A stretch of DNA of 24,183 nucleotides from Patescibacteria group bacterium. GTDB lineage: Bacteria; Patescibacteriota; Microgenomatia; UBA1406; GWC2-37-13. The notes beneath the pieces were generated by a model. The model was not told the DNA's origin and did not search any database. It worked only from the letters and a program-made list of their open reading frames with translations. The stretch's first letter is position 1. Each line of letters begins with the position of its first letter. Below are positions 1 to 6,702 of this stretch, in pieces. The position numbers were made by a program, and so were the translations under genes. Where the stretch lies: the NCBI GenBank assembly GCA_943356515.1, contig CALRFM010000001.1:1-24183 (forward strand). The letters run 5' to 3'.

Positions 1-906
1 ACAGCAACAGGAAAAACATCATACGCGCTACAACTGGCAAAAGAGTTGGGCGGTGAGCTTATAAATGCCGACGCGCGGCAGCTCTATAAAGAGCTCGATA
101 TTGTGACAGGAAAAGATCTTCACCATACTTCTGGTTCATATAAACTGGTTACCAAATGTGATGGTGCTGATATAGGGTATTATAAAACATCCCCCACCAG
201 AATTTGGCTCTATGATGTCGTGGCGCCCAACCAACCATTTTCTACTTATGACTACAAAGAATGCGCTCAGTGGGTTATAGATGATATTAAATCACGAGGA
301 AAAGTGCCCATAATCGTGGGTGGCTCTTATTTTTACATTCAACATCTTTTGTATGATGTGGTCGATAATAAAGTGCCACCAAATAATAAACTCCGTCAAG
401 AGCTGGGTGATGCTCCGGTCTCTGAGCTTCAAGATAAACTAAAGGAGCTCAATGCTTTGGTGTTTGAAGATCTCAATAAGAGCGAACAACACAATCCCCA
501 GAGACTTATTCGAAGAATAGAGAAGGAGATGTATGAATTAAAACACCCCCCTCAATCCCCCCTCAAGGGGGGAACGAATGGTCTCCCTTTTAGGGATGTT
601 TTATATCACATCACAGGATTTCGTTTTAATTCTATTGACGATTTGACTAAGACTATCTCAGAAAGAGTAGAGAAGCGGTTAGATGCAGGTGGCATAGATG
701 AGACAATAAGATTACTAGACAAAGGGTACACTTTAAATGATCCTGGACTCAAAACAATAGGATATACCCAAATTATTTACTATTTGAATAAAGAAATATC
801 TCTTGAGGAAATGAAAACTATCTGGATATCTAAAGAAGTGCAATATGCCAAACGGCAACTGACTTTTATGAAAAAAAATGATGAGATTGAATGGATATAT
901 ATTTAA
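1..906 (+). CDS. miaA: tRNA dimethylallyltransferase, 5'-truncated by the window edge
   Basis: Frame 1 is open from base 1 and reads TATGKTSYALQLAKELGGELINADARQLYKELDIVTGKD (P-loop tail plus the D-x-x-Q-x-Y motif). It also has PIIVGGSYFY, NPQRLIRRIE and QYAKRQLTF. The ORF-track start at 46 is internal. Confidence 0.93.
   Translation, partial: TATGKTSYALQLAKELGGELINADARQLYKELDIVTGKDLHHTSGSYKLVTKCDGADIGYYKTSPTRIWLYDVVAPNQPFSTYDYKECAQWVIDDIKSRGKVPIIVGGSYFYIQHLLYDVVDNKVPPNNKLRQELGDAPVSELQDKLKELNALVFEDLNKSEQHNPQRLIRRIEKEMYELKHPPQSPLKGGTNGLPFRDVLYHITGFRFNSIDDLTKTISERVEKRLDAGGIDETIRLLDKGYTLNDPGLKTIGYTQIIYYLNKEISLEEMKTIWISKEVQYAKRQLTFMKKNDEIEWIYI
546..596. repeat. GC-rich palindromic mini-repeat within the miaA reading frame
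   Basis: CCCCCCTCAA occurs twice (546-555, 557-566). TCCCCCCT (556-563) pairs with AGGGGGGA (566-573). A second hairpin TCCCT-TTT-AGGGA lies at 584-596. The region translates as PPQSPLKGGTNGLPFRD. Confidence 0.7.
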
Positions 907-909
907 TAC

Positions 910-944
910 TTGATACTACTTATAAATCGTGTCATAATGGTTAA
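910..944 (+). promoter_or_regulatory. sigma70-type promoter, probably giving a leaderless transcript
   Basis: TTGATA (910-915), 17-nt spacer, CATAAT (933-938) with a TGn extension (930-932), then 6 nt to the ATG at 945. No SD motif. Confidence 0.7.
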
Positions 945-1154
945 ATGGCAGAAACCCCACAATCCCAACAAAATCAATCTCGGGAGCAACCTACGGTAAT
1001 AACCACTGAACCACCAGTTCGATTGCCGCCTCCACTCCCACCAGAACAGAAACCATCAATAGGAAAAAAGAGTGTGTTAATGCTTGTTGTTGCATTCCTA
1101 TTTTTTGCAGGTGGACTGGGAACATGGGTATATGTTGAATACTTTTTCCAATAA
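945..1154 (+). CDS. small single-pass membrane protein with a Pro-rich N-terminus (hypothetical)
   Basis: 69 aa: Gln/Pro-rich segment (PPVRLPPPLPPEQKP), KK, then a hydrophobic helix (SVLMLVVAFLFFAGGLGTWVYV). It sits directly behind a well-formed promoter and ends 4 nt before the next start. Confidence 0.6.
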   Translation: MAETPQSQQNQSREQPTVITTEPPVRLPPPLPPEQKPSIGKKSVLMLVVAFLFFAGGLGTWVYVEYFFQ

Positions 1155-1158
1155 CGTA

Positions 1159-2436
1159 ATGAATAAAAAAACAATTGTTACACTTCTTACTGTCGCTTTT
1201 TTTGGTGCTGGCGCATTGTTTTTCTCCCTTGGTGTGCAAAAATATCAGGTACTTACCAGCTCGCAAGCTGCTGAAGACGAGTGTGCTCCCTATCACACTG
1301 CGAATGAAACTTGGTGCGATGGCACAACACGAAAGAAATGTAGTGCAGATTTCAAACTCGTACCTATTAGTCAGCAATGGTGTGATAGCGAAAATCATGT
1401 AAGAAAATGCATTAATGGAACGTCTTCAGTTTATGTTGATTGTGGGGCACAAGGATTGATATGCAAAGATGATATTTGTCAAGCTGGAAATGGTGTGGCG
1501 CCCACTGCCACCCCTGGTGGAGGAGCAGCACCAACCGCAACCCCAGCAACTGGTGGAGCTCCTGGAACGGGTACGTGGAACCAGTGCGCAGTTGGAGAAA
1601 CAAATAGGCCATGCGCTAGTTGTGCAACAAAAATAACAGGCGTAGATACAAATGGTCAAGCAACAGCTACTTATTCGTGTAGATTTATCTGTGATTCGCC
1701 CAGTAATTGTCCCAATGGAACATATGTAATAAATGATTATTCGTGGTTCTCATGTAGAGGATCCCAAGGATCTTCATGTACAGGATCACCTGGCACAGGC
1801 GATGTTATTAATAATGTTCATAAAACAGATACCTTAAAATCATATACCGTAAATGGCACCACTATTCCAGACTCATCAACCTATTCATTTAAAGTATCAG
1901 ATAGTTGGGTAAACTGTGGAAGAGTACAGTTTGATATAAAAGTCAATATTCCTGGCATTTCTTTAGCAGGTGACGTGTTTAATACAACAGTAGATTGTGC
2001 AATGCCTCCTACCAATACTCCTGGTCCAACAAATACCCAAGGAGTCCCAACAAACACTTCCGTTCCACCAACTGCCACACACACTGCGGTGCCACCGACG
2101 GCAACGGCGGTGCCTCCAACAGCAACGCGCACGCCAGTGCCACCAACAGCAACAGCAACAGCGGTTCCACCAACTGCCACACACACTGCGGTGCCACCGA
2201 CGGCAACGCGCACGCCAGTGCCACCAACAGCAACAGCAACAGCGGTGCCTCCAACACCTACGCCAACTCAAGTTGTGGTAGTAGTAACCAATTCGCCAAC
2301 GCCAGTAATCATTGTTGAAGCACCGACCCCAACACCAGTAACACAACTTACCGTTGCAGAACAAAAGCCAGGCATTACTCCTTGGGTGATACTTCTTATA
2401 CCATTTGCACTGATACTCCTAGGATTGGCGTTGTAG
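1159..2436 (+). CDS. Cys-rich cell-surface protein with a Pro/Thr-rich stalk and C-terminal membrane anchor
   Basis: The likely start is MNKKTIVTLLTVAFFGAGALFFSLG at 1159 (signal-like); the ORF-track start at 1084 overlaps the upstream gene. Two Cys-rich regions (8 and 10 Cys) are separated by an APTATPGGG linker, followed by VPPTAT repeats and a terminal hydrophobic helix PWVILLIPFALILLGLAL. Confidence 0.85.
   Translation: MNKKTIVTLLTVAFFGAGALFFSLGVQKYQVLTSSQAAEDECAPYHTANETWCDGTTRKKCSADFKLVPISQQWCDSENHVRKCINGTSSVYVDCGAQGLICKDDICQAGNGVAPTATPGGGAAPTATPATGGAPGTGTWNQCAVGETNRPCASCATKITGVDTNGQATATYSCRFICDSPSNCPNGTYVINDYSWFSCRGSQGSSCTGSPGTGDVINNVHKTDTLKSYTVNGTTIPDSSTYSFKVSDSWVNCGRVQFDIKVNIPGISLAGDVFNTTVDCAMPPTNTPGPTNTQGVPTNTSVPPTATHTAVPPTATAVPPTATRTPVPPTATATAVPPTATHTAVPPTATRTPVPPTATATAVPPTPTPTQVVVVVTNSPTPVIIVEAPTPTPVTQLTVAEQKPGITPWVILLIPFALILLGLAL
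2062..2256 (+). repeat. intragenic tandem repeat encoding VPPTAT(HT/RT/AT)A units
   Basis: A 45-nt block (gttccaccaactgcc...gacggcaacg) is identical at 2062 and 2164. The second copy of the larger unit lacks the 21-nt gcggtgcctccaacagcaacg segment. Confidence 0.9.
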
Positions 2437-2448
2437 AAAAAATGATAC

Positions 2449-2534
2449 TGTCATCCAGAGCGGAGCCACGTTTGACGTGGCGTAGCGAAGGATCCAGGAC
2501 AATACATGGATTCTTCGTTTCACTCAGAATGACA
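2449..2534. repeat. REP/MITE-like nested inverted repeat between convergent genes; possible bidirectional terminator
   Basis: Outer arms TGTCATCCAGAG (2449-2460) and CTCAGAATGACA (2523-2534) match 10/12. Inner arms CGAAGGATCCA (2486-2496) and TGGATTCTTCG (2507-2517) match 10/11. A perfect hairpin GCCACGT-TTG-ACGTGGC lies at 2465-2481. Confidence 0.8.
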
Positions 2535-2542
2535 TGAAGATT

Positions 2543-4261
2543 TTATTTCTTAAACAATTTCATAAATGCATCTTTAGGCACTTCCACGTGCCCGATCATT
2601 TTCATTTTCTTTTTACCTTCTTTCTGCCGTTCAAGAACCTTTTTTTTACGACCCACATCTCCGCCGCCCACGGTTTTACCACCCTTGGTCAAAACGTCTT
2701 TTCTAAAAGGAGAAAGTTTTTCTGAAGCAATTATTTTTCCTTTATATTTTGCCTGAATTTTTACTTCATATTGCTGACGTGGAATAAGCTCTCTGAGTTT
2801 TTTGGTAAGATACTGACCTACTTCTAAAGAACGCGCGGTAACTACTACTTGGGAAAATTCTTCCACCTCATCGCCGTTAAGCATAAGGCTCAGCTTATCG
2901 GCATCTACGTGTTCGTAACGAATAAGTTCCCAATCAAATGACGCATATCCAGATGTAATAGATTTAAGTTGATCAAAAAAATCTGAAATCATCTCAGAGA
3001 GTGGCATCTCGTATTCCAAAGTAACTTGATTTTTGTTATCCATATGAAGAAAGTGTGCACGATGCTCTTCGCAAAGTTGCATCACGCCGCCCACATACCC
3101 TTGAGGTGTAATGATGAGAATTTTTACAATAGGTTCTTTGTACGTGTTTCCTTCAACCTGGTAATCTACCTGTGGGGGAGTGAGGACAAGACTTAGGTTA
3201 TATTCGCGTTCAAGCCGCTCGCGTATGACATCTGCATGAAGAAGTCCCAAAAAGCCCACTCTAAATCCTGGTCCCAGAGCTTGACTATATATTGCTTTAA
3301 ATTCAAGTGCCGAATCGGTAAGATATATCTTCTCAATAGATTTTTTTACATTTTCAAAGTCATTGGTATCTGTTGGAAAGAGTGATGCATATACCATCGG
3401 TCTTACCTCTTTGTATCCTGGTAATCCTTGAGTTTGCTTTTGTTCTATTATGGTGTCTCCCACGCGCACATCGTGAATATCTTTTAAATTGGTTACGATA
3501 TAACCGATCTCTCCATCATTGATGCATTCTATGGGAACGAGGTCTGGTGTAAATATACCTACTTCAGTAGATGCAAATAATCTATCACCAATGGCCAACT
3601 TCATTGCATCGCCAGCATGTGCGCTTCCCGAGAAAACCCGAACAAACGCAATAACACCTTTATGCGTGTCAAAATAGGAATCAAATATCAATGCCTGTAA
3701 GGGTGAGGTTACCTCACCCTCTACATCTGGTCCCGGAATAATATCAATAATTGCTTCAAGAATACGCTCCACATTCTCACCTGTTTTTGCAGAAATGGGA
3801 ATAATTTGATCTGCCTCTATACCTAAAAAATCTTTCAACTCAGTTGTGACTCGTTCAACCTCGGCATTGGGCATATCAATCTTATTGACCACAGGAATGA
3901 TGGTGAGATTTTTTTCAATTGCTTTATAGGTATTGGCTATTGTTTGGGCCTGAATACCTTGCGTTGCATCAACCAGCAGAATTGCACCTTCCACACAGGC
4001 AAGGGTCCGATCTACTTCATAAGAAAAATCCACGTGGCCAGGAGTATCAATAAGATTGAGAATGTAGTTTTTATAGTCCATCCTCACTGGTGCAAGTTTG
4101 ATGGTAATTCCTCGTTCACGAGAAATGGGGTTGCGATCAAGCATCTGTTCATCGTGCTTGCCTTTATCTATCGTGCCCGTAAGTTCTAAAAGACGGTCAG
4201 CGAGAGTCGATTTGCCGTGATCTACATGAGCTATGATGGCAAAGTTGCGGATAGAGGTCAT
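2543..4261 (-). CDS. lepA: translation elongation factor 4 (LepA)
   Basis: IRNFAIIAHVDHGKSTLADRLL, RERGITIK, NLIDTPGHVDFSYEV, NKID, GFRVGFLGLLH and a C-terminal RKKKVLERQKEGKKKMK. The likely start is MTSIRNF at 4261, overlapping the pyk stop (ATGA). Confidence 0.97.
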   Translation of the reverse strand: MTSIRNFAIIAHVDHGKSTLADRLLELTGTIDKGKHDEQMLDRNPISRERGITIKLAPVRMDYKNYILNLIDTPGHVDFSYEVDRTLACVEGAILLVDATQGIQAQTIANTYKAIEKNLTIIPVVNKIDMPNAEVERVTTELKDFLGIEADQIIPISAKTGENVERILEAIIDIIPGPDVEGEVTSPLQALIFDSYFDTHKGVIAFVRVFSGSAHAGDAMKLAIGDRLFASTEVGIFTPDLVPIECINDGEIGYIVTNLKDIHDVRVGDTIIEQKQTQGLPGYKEVRPMVYASLFPTDTNDFENVKKSIEKIYLTDSALEFKAIYSQALGPGFRVGFLGLLHADVIRERLEREYNLSLVLTPPQVDYQVEGNTYKEPIVKILIITPQGYVGGVMQLCEEHRAHFLHMDNKNQVTLEYEMPLSEMISDFFDQLKSITSGYASFDWELIRYEHVDADKLSLMLNGDEVEEFSQVVVTARSLEVGQYLTKKLRELIPRQQYEVKIQAKYKGKIIASEKLSPFRKDVLTKGGKTVGGGDVGRKKKVLERQKEGKKKMKMIGHVEVPKDAFMKLFKK

Positions 4262-5682
4262 AGTATTCGTATTGAAGTAGCTCCACTTCCATGCCCCCAT
4301 TGATCTCCGTGAAGCACTATAAGCTTTCCACCTTTTTGTATATAGTTTTGTTCAGATAATATCTTGGTTGCCTTGGTAAGCTCTTTCAGGCCAACTTCCG
4401 ATGTTGAATGATACTCAAAAGGAAGAGGAATAACACCGTATGTTGCAGTTAGGCCTTCTCGTACATTTTTATCGGGCGTAAATGCATAAATAGGTACTTG
4501 TGGACGGTAACGAGATAATATCCTCGCGGTGTTTCCGGTTTGGGTAAAGATCACAAATCCAGCAATTTCTTGGTTGGCTGAAATATACCTGCGGTATAAA
4601 TTATATGCCGTATCGCAGACCATTGCAGTGGTGTCTTTTGCTGAGTATTGGATGTAAGTGCGAATATCTTCTTGATGCTTTGGTTCATAAAACATTGCAG
4701 TCCTACGCATCATTTCTACTGTTTTTTCTGGATAGTTACCCGTGGCAGTTTCACCAGAAAGCATGATTGCATCGGTATGATCGTATATGGCATTGGCTAC
4801 ATCAGACACTTCGGCTCGTGTCGGGAGAGGAGAAGCTATCATCGACTGAAGCATTTGTGTTGCGGTTATGACAAATTTTCCTGCAATTATACATTTGAGA
4901 ATAATCATTTTTTGGTAATAAGGTACTTGCTCAATAGGAATCTCTACTCCTAAATCACCGCGAGCTACCATAACGCCATCTGCAGCATCTATAATGCTGT
5001 CAATGTTGTCTAGGGCTTTTTGCGTTTCAATTTTTGCCACAATAAGTGCTGTTATCTTGTGTTTTTTTGCTTCTGCTCGAACATCGCAAATATCTGATGC
5101 AGATCGTACGAATGAAAGTGCAATAAAGTCTACTTCATATGCTGCTGCCAGTTTAAGCCCTTCCAAATCACGGTCAATAAGGGTTGGAAGAGGGAAATCT
5201 GCACCAGGAATATTTAATGATTTATTTGTGGCAAGAACCCCTTTGGTATGTGACCTCAGATATACTGCACTTCCTTTTTTCACTACCGTGAATGAAAATG
5301 CTCCATCATCTGCCACCACATGTTGACCATCTTTAAGATGATCAATAACACTGGGGCGAGTAATCGAAAATCCTTTTACTTTAGCTTCTTTTAAGGTTCG
5401 TTCGCTCAGGAGCAATTCCTCATCTGTTTCAATACTGATACTTTCATCCTTCATACGAATTCGTATCTCTGGACCTGCAAGATCTATAAGAGTGCCCACG
5501 GGGATTCCCATTTTTTTAGCAACGGCATTGACTCGTTTGATTCGTTCACCGTGCCACTCCACAGAACTATGTTTAAAATTAAATCGAAACACATTTACGC
5601 CTTTGCGTATGAGTGATTCAATTTTATCTTGGCTATCTGACGCCGGGCCTATGGTAGCAATGATTTTGGTCAATTTTTGCAT
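4258..5682 (-). CDS. pyk: pyruvate kinase
   Basis: TKIIATIGPAS, FRFNFKH, DLAGPEIR, AKIETQKA, DGVMVARGDLGVE, ATQMLQSM, PTRAEVSDVANA, MLSGETATGNYP, plus the C-terminal alpha/beta domain. Confidence 0.97.
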   Translation of the reverse strand: MQKLTKIIATIGPASDSQDKIESLIRKGVNVFRFNFKHSSVEWHGERIKRVNAVAKKMGIPVGTLIDLAGPEIRIRMKDESISIETDEELLLSERTLKEAKVKGFSITRPSVIDHLKDGQHVVADDGAFSFTVVKKGSAVYLRSHTKGVLATNKSLNIPGADFPLPTLIDRDLEGLKLAAAYEVDFIALSFVRSASDICDVRAEAKKHKITALIVAKIETQKALDNIDSIIDAADGVMVARGDLGVEIPIEQVPYYQKMIILKCIIAGKFVITATQMLQSMIASPLPTRAEVSDVANAIYDHTDAIMLSGETATGNYPEKTVEMMRRTAMFYEPKHQEDIRTYIQYSAKDTTAMVCDTAYNLYRRYISANQEIAGFVIFTQTGNTARILSRYRPQVPIYAFTPDKNVREGLTATYGVIPLPFEYHSTSEVGLKELTKATKILSEQNYIQKGGKLIVLHGDQWGHGSGATSIRIL

Positions 5683-5715
5683 ATGTTATTATAGTGGGTG
5701 AAGGAGTGAAATACA
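5683..5715. promoter_or_regulatory. 33-bp divergent promoter region with overlapping -10 boxes
   Basis: Minus strand: TTGTAT (5716-5711), 17 nt, TATAAT (5693-5688), 5 nt, pyk ATG. Plus strand: TATAGT (5690-5695) and SD-like AAGGAG (5701-5706) before the ATG at 5716. Confidence 0.6.
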
Positions 5716-6702
5716 ATGAACAAACCTTATTTTTCAATTATCATACCGACACGTACTATACATTCTCAGATAGCTGACGATCTTCTTCCTGCTCTTAATG
5801 TTCAATTACTTGATGATTTTGAAGTATTTATTACTCCAGATAAAACAAATGAGTCAGACAAAAAACTCGAAAAGAGGTATCCATGGCTTCATATTATTGA
5901 AGCAAAAGAAAATAAGCGACCAGGAATCAAAAGAGACATATGTGTCCAGAAGTCAAAAGGATGCGTTCTTGTTTTTATTGATGATGATGTTCTTCCACCA
6001 AAACATTGGCTGAAGAATGCGCATCGTATGTTAAAAAAAGACACATCCATTGTCGCGCTTGGTGGTCCGGGAATACTTCCACCAAATGCACCGTTTTGGG
6101 AACGAGTTTTTGATGCAACGCTTACTACCTGGTTGGGGAGCGGATCGTTCACGTACCGGTTTCAAAAAGAATCTGCTCGCCATGTGGATGATTTTCCTTC
6201 CATGAACCTGATGATTCGAAAGAGTACCTTTTTAAAAACAGGGGGATTTGATAATGGCTATTGGCCAGGAGAAGATAGTAAATTACTTGATAAGTTTACA
6301 GATAAAAATGGAGGAACCATATATTATCATCCAGATGTATTGGTGTACCATCACAGACGAGATACATTAGGGGGACACTTATTACAACATAAAAACTATG
6401 GAAAGACGCGTGGCTTATTTGCTGCTCAAGGAGATACAAATTCCAAACACCTTATCTATCTCATCCCTTCTGTATTTGTCATATATTGTTTGGTTGTAAT
6501 AGTAATCTCTCTCCTATCGCAATCGATATTAAGTATCACGTTAATACCACTCTTTTTATATATAGGATTTCTATCGTATGTATTCTTAAAAACTTCGCTC
6601 GCAACTGAATCAATACTCATTGGCTTAGGTACGGTACTGGTAATCCCTGCAACTCATATAACATACGGACTGTGGTATATGATAGGATATATGAGGAAAT
6701 GA
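5716..6702 (+). CDS. glycosyltransferase family 2 with C-terminal TM helices
   Basis: FSIIIPT, KRDI...SKGCVLVFIDDDV (DxD), GGFD..YWPGED, VYHHRR, hydrophobic C-terminal third. Confidence 0.9.
   Translation: MNKPYFSIIIPTRTIHSQIADDLLPALNVQLLDDFEVFITPDKTNESDKKLEKRYPWLHIIEAKENKRPGIKRDICVQKSKGCVLVFIDDDVLPPKHWLKNAHRMLKKDTSIVALGGPGILPPNAPFWERVFDATLTTWLGSGSFTYRFQKESARHVDDFPSMNLMIRKSTFLKTGGFDNGYWPGEDSKLLDKFTDKNGGTIYYHPDVLVYHHRRDTLGGHLLQHKNYGKTRGLFAAQGDTNSKHLIYLIPSVFVIYCLVVIVISLLSQSILSITLIPLFLYIGFLSYVFLKTSLATESILIGLGTVLVIPATHITYGLWYMIGYMRK

Noticed and set aside
546-596. G-quadruplex in miaA
   Set aside because: Neither strand has four suitably spaced G-runs; a hairpin explains the pattern better.
1084-1158. 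25-aa N-terminal extension of the surface protein given by the ORF track
   Set aside because: It overlaps the upstream 69-aa gene, and the ATG at 1159 gives a clean signal-like N-terminus.
1881-2364. Five alternative-frame or antisense ORFs, including poly-Gln and poly-Cys/Trp-looking products
   Set aside because: They are shadows of the stop-poor VPPTAT repeat in the real + strand gene.
2449-2534. Possible tRNA, riboswitch or CRISPR repeat
   Set aside because: No T-loop or anticodon architecture, no repeat-spacer array, and it lies between two gene 3' ends.
2534-2725. 63-aa + strand ORF starting at the edge of the REP-like element
   Set aside because: It is antisense to the conserved lepA C-terminus and has no recognisable features.
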